A DNA stretch of 44,097 nt from an uncultured Dehalococcoidales bacterium (GTDB lineage: Bacteria; Chloroflexota; Dehalococcoidia; E44-bin15). Below are positions 1 to 9,579 of this stretch, in pieces. Made by a program: the position numbers and the translations under genes. The stretch is from the NCBI GenBank assembly GCA_964583545.1, contig CAZOVW010000002.1, positions 1 through 44,097 on the forward strand, read 5' to 3'. Below the pieces are notes generated by a model that saw only the letters and a program-made list of their open reading frames with translations, was not told where the DNA came from and did not search any database. Every line of letters starts with the position of its first letter. The first letter of the stretch is position 1.

Positions 1-479
1 ACGCAGTTGGAGATAACCACATCCACCGAGTCGCTCTCGATAGGCATGTGCTCCATCTCGCCCAGCCGAAACTCGACGTTACCCAGGGAGAGTTTTTCAG
101 CGTTTGCTCTTGCCAATTGGATCATATCGGGGGTCATATCCAGCCCGATGACCTTCCCCTGAGGGCCAACCCGTTGCGCTGCCAGAAAGCAGTCCAGCCC
201 TCCCCCGCTTCCCAGGTCGAGAACCACCTCGTTTTTCTTTAGCTCCGACAGGGCTACAGGGTTGCCGCAGCCCAGTGATGGTATGTCCGCCGATATCGAT
301 TCTAGCTCCTCTCTGGAATATAGCCTCTGGGCGAAACTTGCTTCAGTGGCGCTTGGGCTGCAACAACTCGAGGCCTCTTCGCTCCGCGGTGCGCAGCAGG
401 AGGGAGTTTGCTGTTTAGCTATCTCAGCGTAACGCTTACGCACAAATTTCTTGATCTCTTCATCATTCTTTTCGATCAT
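1..479 (-). CDS. arsM: SAM-dependent methyltransferase, arsenite methyltransferase (ArsM)-like; the gene's 3' end (C-terminal part) lies beyond position 1
   Basis: Not in the ORF track because it is open at the window edge. My reverse translation from ATG 479 gives MIEKNDEEIKKFVRKRYAEIAKQQTPSCCAPRSEEASSCCSPS...KKNEVVLDLGSGGGLDCFLAAQRVGPQGKVIGLDMTPDMIQLARANAEK. It carries SAM motif I (LDLGSGGG) and N-terminal Cys pairs typical of ArsM-type enzymes. A GGAGGGGG sits about 13 nt upstream. Confidence 0.6.
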   Translation of the reverse strand, partial: MIEKNDEEIKKFVRKRYAEIAKQQTPSCCAPRSEEASSCCSPSATEASFAQRLYSREELESISADIPSLGCGNPVALSELKKNEVVLDLGSGGGLDCFLAAQRVGPQGKVIGLDMTPDMIQLARANAEKLSLGNVEFRLGEMEHMPIESDSVDVVISNC

Positions 480-517
480 TCTGACTTCTTAACCCCCTCC
501 TAAATGCTTCGTTTTAT

Positions 518-546
518 ATTATACTCTGATTTGGAGTTCATACCAA
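518..546 (-). promoter_or_regulatory. Candidate sigma70-type promoter for the arsM-like gene
   Basis: On the minus strand: TTGGTA (541-546), 17-nt spacer, TATAAT (518-523), about 40 nt upstream of ATG 479. Confidence 0.35.
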
Positions 547-568
547 GGGAATTTTTTAACCCGGTTTG

Positions 569-3214
569 CTAGCCTAGCTCGGCAAGCCGTTCCTTCAGCC
601 TTTCTCGCTTTCTCTGAAGAGCGTTGAGCCTTTCCCTCTCCCTTTTCACCATATTCGTTGGCGCCTTGGAGAGGAATTTTTCGTCCTTTAGCCTGGCCTC
701 GATGCGGGCAATCTCTGCCTGATTGCCCTCGATCTCCTTCTTCAAACGCGTCCTTTCCGCCTCAAGGTCGACCATGCCCGCCATGGGCAGAATCACCTCA
801 GCACCTTCAAGCACTACCGTCTTAGCTTTATCAGGCCTCGCACCTTTGGTGCTGATGATGGTGAGCGGCCTCACCCTGGCCAGGGTTTCGATGGCCTGAG
901 CTTGGGCTTCGATCGCAGGCTTTGTTTCAGCGGCGGCAACCAATGCTTCGATCCAGCTGGTGGGCTCCACCCTGAACTCGGCGCGCGCGTTCCTGATCGC
1001 CCGAACGATCTCTATGACCACCATCATCTGCTTCTCCGCCTCGCTATCGATGGCCTTTTCATCGGCGGTGGGGTAGGGGGAGACCATAATGGATTCGGCC
1101 ATCTCGCCATCGATGTGTCCCTTAAGGCTCTGCCATATCTCCTCAGTGATAAAGGGCATGAAGGGATGGAGCAGGCGCAGCGAGGTCTCTAGGACATAGG
1201 CAAGAACAGGCATGGGGGAAGGGGATTCACGGAGGCGGAGCTTCGCCATCTCGATATACCAGTCGCAGAACTCTCCCCATGTGAAGTCGTGGATCTGCCG
1301 CTGGGCCTCGCCGAACTGAAAGTCTTCCATGAGGCTCTCGACGCTGGCGACGAGGCGACTTAAGCGGCTCAGAATCCAGCGATCCTCCAGAGGTAGTGTA
1401 GCTCTTTGAATTTCATCGATGCTCACCCCTTCCTCCATATTGCCCAATATGAACCTGGAGGCGTTCCACAGCTTATTGGCGAAGTTGCGGGCGGCCTCCA
1501 GCTTCCCCTTGCTCAGCCGGATGTCATTTCCCGGCGAGGTGCCGGTGGATAGAGCGAAGCGTAGGGCATCGGTGCCGTAGCTCTCGATGGCATCCAGGGG
1601 GTTTAAGACATTGCCCTTAACCTTGCTCATCTTCTCGCCCTTCTCATCGCGTACCAGTCCGTGAAGATAAACGGTGTGGAAGGGTATCTCCCCGGTATTC
1701 TCCAGCCCCATCATGATCATCCTGGCGACCCAGAAGAAGAGGATGTCATACCCCGTCTCCATCACGGAGGTTGGATAGAAATAGTCAAAGTCCTCGGTGG
1801 CATCAGGCCAGCCAAGGGTAGAGTGGGGCCAGAGCGCCGAGCTGAACCAGGTATCGAGGACATCGGGATCTTGAAGGATGTTTGATGAGCCGCAGTGAAG
1901 GCAGGCCTTGGGGTCATCGCTAGTCACGGTGAGCTGGCCACAGTCGCCACAATACCAGACCGGTAGCCTGTGCCCCCACCAGAGCTGGCGGCTGATGCAC
2001 CAGTCGCGGATGTTCTCCAGCCAGTCGAGGTAGACTTTTGTAAAGCGCTCCGGGATGATCCTTATCCTGCCATCCGTAACCGCGTCGATTGCTGGAATAG
2101 CCAGGGGCGAGATCTTAATGAACCACTGCTTGCTGGCCCACGGCTCGATCACGGTATTGCAGCGGCAGCAGTGCCCCACGGAGTGGTGATGGGGCTCCAC
2201 CTTAACCAGCAGACCTTCCTTCTCCAGCTCGGCGAGAATACGCTCGCGGCATGTGAAGCGGTCAAGCCCTTCATAGGGGCCGGCGTTTTCGTTCATCGTC
2301 CCGTCGGGGTTTAATATATTCACTGAAGGTAAATCATGCTGCTGGCCAATCCCAAAATCCACCGGGTCATGAGCGGGGGTAACCTTCACAGCCCCGGTGC
2401 CGAATGAGGGGTCGACAGCGCTATCGGCGATTATCGGGATTTTTTGCCCTATGACGGGGAGGATTGCTTTCTTTCCCACTATTCCTTTATAGCGGTTGTC
2501 CTCTGGGTTCACCGCCACTGCAGCGTCGCCGAGGATAGTCTCGGGGCGGGTGGTGGCTACCGTGATAAAATCGTCACCATTGGCAAGCTTGTAGCGAACA
2601 TAATAGAGGTGGCCGGGGGCCTCCTCATGCTCCACCTCGAGGTCGGAGAGGGCGGTTGAGCAGCGCGGGCACCAGTTGATGATGCGCTCCCCTCGATAGA
2701 TCAGCCCCTTTTCATAGAGGTGAACGAATGTGGTGCGTACTGCCTGTGATGGCCCCTCGTCCATAGTGAACCGCTCGCGGCTCCAGTCGCAAGAGGTGCC
2801 TAGGCGCTGGTGCTGCTCGGCGATCACCCGACCATACTCTTTCATCCACTGCCACATCCGCTCCAGGAAGGCTTCCCGCCCCAGGTCGTGCCTGGTGATT
2901 CCCTCCTCAGCGAGCGCCTGCTCCACAACGACCTGGGCAGCGATCCCAGCGTGGTCGATGCCGGGAAGCCAGAGGGTTGGGTCACCCTTCATGCGGTGCC
3001 AGCGAATCAAGGTATCTTCCAAGGTTACGGTGAGGGCATGTCCTAGGTGAAGCTCGCCGGTGACATTGGGAGGGGGCATAATGATCACAAAGGGTTTCTT
3101 TTTATGGTCGATCTTAGGGGTAAAATATCCCTTCTCTAGCCAGAACTGGTACCACTTGGTCTCTACCTTTTTTGGGTCATAGGCTTTGGGTATCTCAGCT
3201 AGCTTTTGTGCCAT
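569..3214 (-). CDS. valS: Valine--tRNA ligase
   Basis: 881 aa. Class I aaRS HIGH-type motif (PNVTGELHLGH) and KMSKS motif (KMSKVKGN), a CP1/editing-size insertion and the C-terminal coiled coil typical of ValS. Confidence 0.95.
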   Translation of the reverse strand: MAQKLAEIPKAYDPKKVETKWYQFWLEKGYFTPKIDHKKKPFVIIMPPPNVTGELHLGHALTVTLEDTLIRWHRMKGDPTLWLPGIDHAGIAAQVVVEQALAEEGITRHDLGREAFLERMWQWMKEYGRVIAEQHQRLGTSCDWSRERFTMDEGPSQAVRTTFVHLYEKGLIYRGERIINWCPRCSTALSDLEVEHEEAPGHLYYVRYKLANGDDFITVATTRPETILGDAAVAVNPEDNRYKGIVGKKAILPVIGQKIPIIADSAVDPSFGTGAVKVTPAHDPVDFGIGQQHDLPSVNILNPDGTMNENAGPYEGLDRFTCRERILAELEKEGLLVKVEPHHHSVGHCCRCNTVIEPWASKQWFIKISPLAIPAIDAVTDGRIRIIPERFTKVYLDWLENIRDWCISRQLWWGHRLPVWYCGDCGQLTVTSDDPKACLHCGSSNILQDPDVLDTWFSSALWPHSTLGWPDATEDFDYFYPTSVMETGYDILFFWVARMIMMGLENTGEIPFHTVYLHGLVRDEKGEKMSKVKGNVLNPLDAIESYGTDALRFALSTGTSPGNDIRLSKGKLEAARNFANKLWNASRFILGNMEEGVSIDEIQRATLPLEDRWILSRLSRLVASVESLMEDFQFGEAQRQIHDFTWGEFCDWYIEMAKLRLRESPSPMPVLAYVLETSLRLLHPFMPFITEEIWQSLKGHIDGEMAESIMVSPYPTADEKAIDSEAEKQMMVVIEIVRAIRNARAEFRVEPTSWIEALVAAAETKPAIEAQAQAIETLARVRPLTIISTKGARPDKAKTVVLEGAEVILPMAGMVDLEAERTRLKKEIEGNQAEIARIEARLKDEKFLSKAPTNMVKRERERLNALQRKRERLKERLAELG

Positions 3215-3227
3215 GGATCTTGTGAAC

Positions 3228-4439
3228 CTACCTCTTGGCCTTTCTTCTCTTTCTTCTAGGTAATAGTTCCGCTACCTTGTCCAGTATCTTATGGGCCACC
3301 TCAGATTTGGGGAGGAGGGGCAGGCTCGCCACATTGCCAGAGCGGTCGATGAGCACCACCCTGTTGGTATCGGCACCAAAGCCGCTATCGGTAGCGGTGA
3401 TATCATTGGCCACAATAAGGTCTAGGTTTTTCTTCTTTAGCTTTTCCTTGGCGTTTTCCACCAGGTTTTCGCTCTCGGCGGCAAAACCAACCCTGACAAA
3501 ATCCCCCTTCACCTCACTGATGATGTCCGGGTTTTCCACTAGCTCTAGGGTGAGTGCTCCTTTGCCCTTCTTTATCTTTCTCGGGGCCATGGCTGCCGGG
3601 CGATAGTCAGCGGGGGCAGCAGCCATAACCAGTGCATCGGCGTTGGCGACAGCATTAGCGATGGCATCTCGCATCTGGAGTGTGGTTTGAACCGGGATCA
3701 CCTCTACACCAACAGGGAGAGTGAGGGCAGTCGGGGCACTCACTAGAACCACCTCTGCCCCGCGGTCGCGGGCCGCCTCCGCCAGGGCATAGCCCATCTT
3801 CCCTGAGGAGCGATTGCCGATATGGCGCACGGGGTCAATGGGCTCCTGAGTGCCCCCAGCGCTCACCACGATCCGCCTTCCAGCTAGGTCGCCACCTCGG
3901 CCGAGCACCTGATGAATCGCGCCCAGGATGTCATCGATTTCGGCAAGGCGCCCCAATCCCCAGTCGCCAGACGCCAACCGACCATAGGCGGGTCCGACAA
4001 ATTTAAATCCCCTTTCCTTAAGCCGGGCGATGTTCTCCTGAGTAACCACATTCTCATACATGTTCACGTTCATCGCCGGGGCCACAATCACCGGCGCTTT
4101 GGTAGCGAGCACGGTGCAGCAGAGCATGTCGTCGGCGACACCCCATGACAGCTTGGCGATGATATTTGCCGTTGCCGGGGCAATGACTACTAAATCGGCC
4201 CGCTCCGCCAGAGCGACATGCTCGATGCTGAACTCGGAGGCTAGGTCGAACATCTCAGTAACCACTGGCTGTTGCGTAACGCTCCGGAAGGTCAGCGGGG
4301 TAACGAACTCCTGTGCTGACCTGGTCATCACCACATCGACCTGCGCCCCATCTTTGGTAAGTTTGCTAGCCAGCTCCACCGCCTTATAGGCGGCGATGCT
4401 TCCGGTGACACCCAGAACTATCGTCTTATCTCGAATCAT
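3228..4439 (-). CDS. coaBC: Bifunctional phosphopantothenoylcysteine decarboxylase / phosphopantothenate--cysteine ligase
   Basis: 403 aa. N-terminal flavoprotein domain (VLGVTGSIAAYK) and C-terminal ligase domain (GNRSSGKMG). It lies 13 nt upstream of valS. Confidence 0.9.
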   Translation of the reverse strand: MIRDKTIVLGVTGSIAAYKAVELASKLTKDGAQVDVVMTRSAQEFVTPLTFRSVTQQPVVTEMFDLASEFSIEHVALAERADLVVIAPATANIIAKLSWGVADDMLCCTVLATKAPVIVAPAMNVNMYENVVTQENIARLKERGFKFVGPAYGRLASGDWGLGRLAEIDDILGAIHQVLGRGGDLAGRRIVVSAGGTQEPIDPVRHIGNRSSGKMGYALAEAARDRGAEVVLVSAPTALTLPVGVEVIPVQTTLQMRDAIANAVANADALVMAAAPADYRPAAMAPRKIKKGKGALTLELVENPDIISEVKGDFVRVGFAAESENLVENAKEKLKKKNLDLIVANDITATDSGFGADTNRVVLIDRSGNVASLPLLPKSEVAHKILDKVAELLPRRKRRKAKR

Positions 4440-4449
4440 CTCTCTTCTC

Positions 4450-5214
4450 CTACTGATTCAGCTCGTGAATCAATCGTAATCCGATGAGGGTCAGGTGCCG
4501 GTTTACCTCATCTACCACCTTTGTCTCCTTGGCGATTATTTCGGCGAAACCGCCGGTGGCCACAACACGCGCCTTGCCCCCCAGTTCCCGGCGAATGCGA
4601 GCGACCAGGCTTTCGATAAGCCCCACATAGCCGAAGATGACTCCCGATTGCATCGCGGCCACAGTATCCTTGCCAATAGCATGTCCGGGAGCGATTAACT
4701 CAACCCTGGGCAGTTTTGATGCTCGCTCGAAAAGCGCCTCTGCGGCAATGCCGATCCCGGGGGCGATGGCGCCACCGAGGTAATCGCCCTCTTTAGATAC
4801 CGCATCAAGCGTAGTGGCGGTGCCAAAATCGACCACGATCAGTGGCCCGCCATATAGGCGGTGCGCTGCCGCGGCATTCACCACTCGGTCGGCACCAACC
4901 TCACGGGGGTTGTCGGTACAGATGCGCACCCCGGTCTTCACCCCCGGGCCAACAATGAGGGGCGAGATTTTAAGGTAACGGAGGCTCAGCTCCTCGAAAA
5001 TGCGCCGCAGCGGGGGCACAACGCAGGCGATGCTCACATGATGGATATCGGAGAGGGCGAGCTCCTCTCTTTGCAGTAGGTTCAACAGCAGCACGGCGTA
5101 CTCATCTGCTGTCTTATTAAGGTCGGTGGCCACATTCCAGGTAGCACGCAGCGTCTCCTCTTCAAAGACGCCGAAGGCAATATTGGTGTTTCCTATATCG
5201 ATGGCAAGTAACAT
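4450..5214 (-). CDS. coaX: Type III pantothenate kinase
   Basis: MLLAIDIGNTNIAFGVF... plus GADR and DFGTATT motifs. The track ORF extends to 5292, but ATG 5214 directly follows the nnr stop (5216-5218) and gives the canonical CoaX N-terminus. Confidence 0.85.
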   Translation of the reverse strand: MLLAIDIGNTNIAFGVFEEETLRATWNVATDLNKTADEYAVLLLNLLQREELALSDIHHVSIACVVPPLRRIFEELSLRYLKISPLIVGPGVKTGVRICTDNPREVGADRVVNAAAAHRLYGGPLIVVDFGTATTLDAVSKEGDYLGGAIAPGIGIAAEALFERASKLPRVELIAPGHAIGKDTVAAMQSGVIFGYVGLIESLVARIRRELGGKARVVATGGFAEIIAKETKVVDEVNRHLTLIGLRLIHELNQ

Positions 5215-5215
5215 C

Positions 5216-6775
5216 TTAGCCTTCCTTGATTTTCTTGATCGCCCTGGGTAGGGCAGGCAGCAGGTCGCTGGCGACCATGCCAGCATCGCCAAGCTCTGCC
5301 CTCACCATTTCCCCGGCGAGCCCATGGAGATAGACCCCACAGGCAGCAGCGGCAAGGTAGGGAAGCCCTTGAGCCAAAAGCCCCGCGATGGCCCCTGAGA
5401 GCACATCCCCCGTGCCCGCTGAAGCCAGGCCAGGGTTTGCTACAGCGCTAATCTTTGCCGCGCCATCGGGCGAGGCCACCACAGTATGCGCCCCCTTGAG
5501 CACCACCGTTTTATGCCACAGGGCAGCCTCCTCCCGTGCCACCCTTAAGCGCTCTCGACCAATCTCTTCCATGGAGAGCCCGCTAAGTCTCGCCATTTCT
5601 CCTGGGTGGGGAGTAAGTATAGCATCTTGACCTAGCCTTTGCCACCACTGAGGGGTTTGGGCCAGGGTATTGAGGACATCGGCATCGAGGATCAGGGCTG
5701 GGGAAAGGAAAGGTGGCATATCAAGCAAGGAATCTACGATGAACTCCATCACCGAAGGGTGCTGGCTCAGTCCGCACCCCATGAGCAGGACATCATAGTC
5801 AGCGAGCCGCTCATGGAGCACCTTGGATGCCTCAGCATCGATAAACCCTGGCTCCGCTTCAGGTAATGGGGCGTAGGTCACCTCGGTTAGCTTCGTTGCC
5901 AGGATGGGCTGGAGGCTCTGGGCCACCGCAAGGGTTACCAGCCCGGCGCCCACCCGCATGGCCCCTTCACAGGCAAGATAAGTAGCCCCAATATAGTGAA
6001 GCGACCCGGCGCAAACGAGTACGCGCCCGAAGGTGCCCTTGTGAGCGCTTTGCGGTCTCTGGGGGAGCATCGCCCGCACAAAATCCTCGGTGATCAACTC
6101 AGTGGCGATACCCTCGCCAAGGTTTGCCGGGATGCCGATGTCGGCAACCACAAGCTCACCAACAAGGTCTCTGCCGGGGAATGAGAAGAGCCCTATCTTT
6201 GGGTAGCCCAGAGTGATCGTCAGGTCAGCAGCAAGGCATGAGGGGTCAGCGGCTCCGGTATCGGCATCCAGCCCCGAAGGCAGGTCCAAGGCAACGACCT
6301 TAAGCCCAGGCTGTGCTTCTTTGCCCCGCCGCACCCTTGTCAAAACCTCTCTAATGACGCCTTCGAGGGGGTGGAGCTTCCCCGTGCCGAAGAGGGCATC
6401 GATGACCACATCGCTTGAGGAAAGTGTGCTATCAAGTTCGGCTAAGTGCTTATCCTCGCTAGCTATGGAGGTGGGGATACCACGCTCCTTGACGATGTGG
6501 TAGTTTGGGTCATCCCTCCTTCGCGGGCTGCAAAGGTAGACATTGACCCTGGCTCCCCAGTCGTAGAGGTGGCGCGCGGCAACCAAACCATCCCCGCCAT
6601 TATTGCCCGGTCCCACCAGGACGAGGATTTGCTGCCCCGCGACGCTACCGAGCCACCCTTTCACTCGCTGGGCAATGGCCAGCCCGGCGTTCTCCATGAG
6701 CACCTCGGTGGGAAGACCCTGCTTGGCACAGCCGCGCTCAATCTCCCTCATCTCATCTATGGTCACAATCTTCAC
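5216..6775 (-). CDS. nnr: Bifunctional NAD(P)H-hydrate repair enzyme (epimerase/ADP-dependent dehydratase)
   Basis: 519 aa. YjeF_N-type N-terminal domain (LVGPGNNGGDG) and carbohydrate-kinase-like C-terminal domain (GTGDVLSG). GTG start. Confidence 0.85.
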   Translation of the reverse strand: MKIVTIDEMREIERGCAKQGLPTEVLMENAGLAIAQRVKGWLGSVAGQQILVLVGPGNNGGDGLVAARHLYDWGARVNVYLCSPRRRDDPNYHIVKERGIPTSIASEDKHLAELDSTLSSSDVVIDALFGTGKLHPLEGVIREVLTRVRRGKEAQPGLKVVALDLPSGLDADTGAADPSCLAADLTITLGYPKIGLFSFPGRDLVGELVVADIGIPANLGEGIATELITEDFVRAMLPQRPQSAHKGTFGRVLVCAGSLHYIGATYLACEGAMRVGAGLVTLAVAQSLQPILATKLTEVTYAPLPEAEPGFIDAEASKVLHERLADYDVLLMGCGLSQHPSVMEFIVDSLLDMPPFLSPALILDADVLNTLAQTPQWWQRLGQDAILTPHPGEMARLSGLSMEEIGRERLRVAREEAALWHKTVVLKGAHTVVASPDGAAKISAVANPGLASAGTGDVLSGAIAGLLAQGLPYLAAAACGVYLHGLAGEMVRAELGDAGMVASDLLPALPRAIKKIKEG

Positions 6776-6869
6776 TGCTGCCCCCGATAACTGAAGGATG
6801 GCATAGTCCCCGGAATGGGAAAGGCTGATGGCCAGCTCACCAGGCCCAATTCTTCAGCTATTCAGCCAT

Positions 6870-6897
6870 AGTATACCACATTCTTAAGCCGCTCCAA
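6870..6897 (-). promoter_or_regulatory. Candidate extended -10 promoter for the nnr-coaX-coaBC-valS array
   Basis: On the minus strand: TGgTATACT (6870-6878) with TTGGAG/TTTGGA 16-17 nt upstream. Confidence 0.3.
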
Positions 6898-6940
6898 ATC
6901 CTTCCTTAATAATGGGTTAGAGAAAAAAATCACAACATTG

Positions 6941-6969
6941 TTGCTTTTCCCTGGATGGCGTGGTATAAT
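6941..6969 (+). promoter_or_regulatory. Candidate promoter of the thyX-folD-fhs operon
   Basis: TTGCTT (6941-6946), 17-nt spacer, TGgTATAAT (TATAAT at 6964-6969). It lies inside the 5' extension of track ORF 6955, which argues for the ATG 6994 start. Confidence 0.45.
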
Positions 6970-6993
6970 CTCGGTTTGCAAGGCCAAGCGGCT

Positions 6994-7695
6994 ATGATTT
7001 ACGTGTCCCTGATCAGTTATACCCCCGATCCCGAGCGTACCATTGCTGCTGCTGCCCGTGTTTCCACCTCCTCTGTTGCCGCATCAAAGCTCATGGAAAA
7101 ATTGACCCCTGAGGCTGTCGATCGCCTGCTCACTCAGCTCCTCACCTCAGGTCACCTCTCCCCCTTTGAGCATGCCAGCTTCACCTTCGCCATTGAGGGC
7201 ATCTCTCGGGTCACCAGCCATCAACTGGTGCGCCATCGGATGGCGAGCTACACCCAGCAGAGCCAGCGGTATGTCTCCCTGAAGGAGGCTGATTATATTA
7301 CCCCGGCGACAATCAGCGCCAGGCCTGAGCTTGAGGCTAAATATCGCGACATGGTTTGTGATTGCCATCGGCTTTACCTGGAGATGCTTGATGCGGGCAT
7401 CCCCGCCGAGGATGCCCGATATGTGCTCCCTGGTGCTATGGAGACCAGGCTGGTGATGACAATGAATGCCCGTGAGTTGCTTCATGTCTGCTCGCTGCGC
7501 CTCTGCCTCAGGGCGCAATGGGAGATTGTTGAGCTATTCGAGAAGGTCAAGGCTGAGGTGGAAAGGGTAGCGCCCCGTCTTGGGGTGGAGCTTAAGCCCA
7601 AGTGCTATCGCCTCGGGTACTGCGATGAGGCGGAGAGCTGCGGGATTTTCCCCACCGCTAAAGAGGTAGTGGCTGAAAAAGGAGAAAAGAGGTAA
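6994..7695 (+). CDS. thyX: FAD-dependent thymidylate synthase
   Basis: ThyX signature RHRxxSxxxxSxR is present as RHRMASYTQQSQRY. Start moved to MIYVSLISYTP because of the promoter at 6941-6969. Confidence 0.9.
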   Translation: MIYVSLISYTPDPERTIAAAARVSTSSVAASKLMEKLTPEAVDRLLTQLLTSGHLSPFEHASFTFAIEGISRVTSHQLVRHRMASYTQQSQRYVSLKEADYITPATISARPELEAKYRDMVCDCHRLYLEMLDAGIPAEDARYVLPGAMETRLVMTMNARELLHVCSLRLCLRAQWEIVELFEKVKAEVERVAPRLGVELKPKCYRLGYCDEAESCGIFPTAKEVVAEKGEKR

Positions 7696-7714
7696 AGAAA
7701 GGGGTTGACATAAC

Positions 7715-8599
7715 ATGTCGGCGGAGATAATTTCGGGGACTCAGGTAGCGAAAGAGATCCGGGAGGAGTTGAAGGTCAAGGTAGAGGAGCTGAGGGAGAA
7801 GGAGGTAACCCCCGGGTTAGTCATGGTGAGGGTTGGGGAGGACCCAGCCTCTGTTTCCTATGTCACGGCCAAGAGCAAAGCCAGCGACGAGCTGGGTATC
7901 TACTCGGAAACAATAGTTTTCCCCGAGGATGCTACTGAGGAACAGGTTCTCGCCAAGGTCGAGGAGCTAAACAAGGACCCAAAATTCCATGGCATCCTGG
8001 TCCAGCTTCCCCTGCCCAAGCACATTGATTCGGATAAAGTTTTGAATGCCATCGACCCCAAGAAAGACGTTGACGGTTTCCACCCGGTGAATGTTGGTAA
8101 GCTCTTAATTGGTGATCCCTACTTTATGCCTTGCACCCCGCACGGTGTCCAGGAGTTGCTGGTTCGCAGCGGCAACAGCCCTGAAGGAAAGCACGTGGTT
8201 GTCTGTGGGCGAAGCAACATCGTGGGGAAGCCACTGATGGCCATCCTGATGCAGAAAAGGAGCGGTGCCAATGCGACAGTGACAGTTGTCCATACCGGGA
8301 CAAAGGACATGGCATCGATAACCAGACAGGCGGATATCGTGATTGCTGCCATGGGCAAGCCCAAGGCAATAACGGCGGACATGGTCAAGGAAGGGGCCGT
8401 GGTAATCGATGTGGGGGTTAACCAGGTAGGCACAACCCCTGAAGGTAAGCGAATTCTTGTGGGCGATACTGACTTCGAGGCCATAAAAGAAAAGGCCAAG
8501 GCTATCACTCCGGTGCCCGGTGGTGTAGGGCCGATGACGGTAACCATGCTGATGGCGAACACCGTCCGCGCTGCGGAGATGGGGGCTGAGGCTAAATAA
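7715..8599 (+). CDS. folD: Bifunctional 5,10-methylene-THF dehydrogenase / 5,10-methenyl-THF cyclohydrolase
   Basis: 294 aa. Typical FolD layout (PASVSYV, GRSNIVGKP, PGGVGPMT). Confidence 0.9.
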   Translation: MSAEIISGTQVAKEIREELKVKVEELREKEVTPGLVMVRVGEDPASVSYVTAKSKASDELGIYSETIVFPEDATEEQVLAKVEELNKDPKFHGILVQLPLPKHIDSDKVLNAIDPKKDVDGFHPVNVGKLLIGDPYFMPCTPHGVQELLVRSGNSPEGKHVVVCGRSNIVGKPLMAILMQKRSGANATVTVVHTGTKDMASITRQADIVIAAMGKPKAITADMVKEGAVVIDVGVNQVGTTPEGKRILVGDTDFEAIKEKAKAITPVPGGVGPMTVTMLMANTVRAAEMGAEAK

Positions 8600-8611
8600 A
8601 AAGGAGGTAAA

Positions 8612-9535
8612 ATGGCAGAGCTCGCAGACATTAAAGCAGTCGACATCATGAACTACCCCACTGAGGCAGGGTATGAAGAGTACATGTTTGACTGGGAAGA
8701 GTTTAAGATAATGGCGCGTAGCACCTTTAAGACCCAGTTTGGCGGGCAGCCGCCCACCAGGGAGCAGTTCAAGAAGATCAAAGAGGCCGGATTTATGCCT
8801 GGCCACAATAGCGTGGAGGAGCTGCTAAAGACCATGGATGAGATCGGCTTTGAGTACGTGGTGATCACCGATGTCAAGATGTGGTCATACTACTACCACC
8901 ACCAGGTGATGATGGAGTATCCCATTGACGAGATCTACAAGATTATAAAGAAGGGCAAGGGCAGGCTAATCGGAGGTGCCAGCTACAACCCCTTCCGCAT
9001 CGATGAGAGCCTGCGTGAAATCGAGAAAGCGGTCAAGGAGTACGGCTTCAAATATGTCTACTTCCACCCCATCACCTTCGGCCTTTCCCCCTCAGACGCG
9101 AAGTGCTATCCGTTGTACGCCAAGTGCAGCGAGCTGGGCGTTCCCGTGGGGATGCAGGTGGGGCACTCCGCGGAGCCGCTGCCCAGCTGGGTGGGGCATC
9201 CGATGGAGGTAGACAAGGTCGCTATCGATTTCCCCAGCCTCAAGATTAATCTCTCCCATACGGGCTATCCCTGGGTCGATGAGTGGTGTTCCATGATCTT
9301 CCGCCATCCCAACGTCTATGGTGATATCTCCGCCTATAACCCGCGGAACCTGACCCAGGAAACGGTCAGGTTCATGAACAGCAGCCGGGGTCGCGAGAAG
9401 GTCATGTTCGGCTCTAATAGCTATGGTCTGAAGCTTACCAAGGAGCAGTTCCTAGCGCTGGATATAAGGGATGAGACCAAGCAAAGAGTGCTGCGGGATA
9501 ACGCTATGGAGTTCCTGGGGCTTAATAAGAAGTAA
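8612..9535 (+). CDS. Amidohydrolase-2 (TIM-barrel metal-dependent hydrolase/decarboxylase) family protein
   Basis: 307 aa. C-terminal ...[10 protein letters not shown]...[13 protein letters not shown]... pattern typical of the PF04909-type family. AGGAGG precedes the ATG. Confidence 0.6.
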   Translation: MAELADIKAVDIMNYPTEAGYEEYMFDWEEFKIMARSTFKTQFGGQPPTREQFKKIKEAGFMPGHNSVEELLKTMDEIGFEYVVITDVKMWSYYYHHQVMMEYPIDEIYKIIKKGKGRLIGGASYNPFRIDESLREIEKAVKEYGFKYVYFHPITFGLSPSDAKCYPLYAKCSELGVPVGMQVGHSAEPLPSWVGHPMEVDKVAIDFPSLKINLSHTGYPWVDEWCSMIFRHPNVYGDISAYNPRNLTQETVRFMNSSRGREKVMFGSNSYGLKLTKEQFLALDIRDETKQRVLRDNAMEFLGLNKK

Positions 9536-9579
9536 GCGATTGCTCTGAGAGAGCGAGTAAAATAGCGAGGGAGGTTTAT

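Noticed and set aside
48-242. 64-aa plus-strand ORF at the left edge.
   Set aside because: It is the antisense shadow of the ArsM-like methyltransferase, whose minus-strand translation shows clear SAM-binding motifs.
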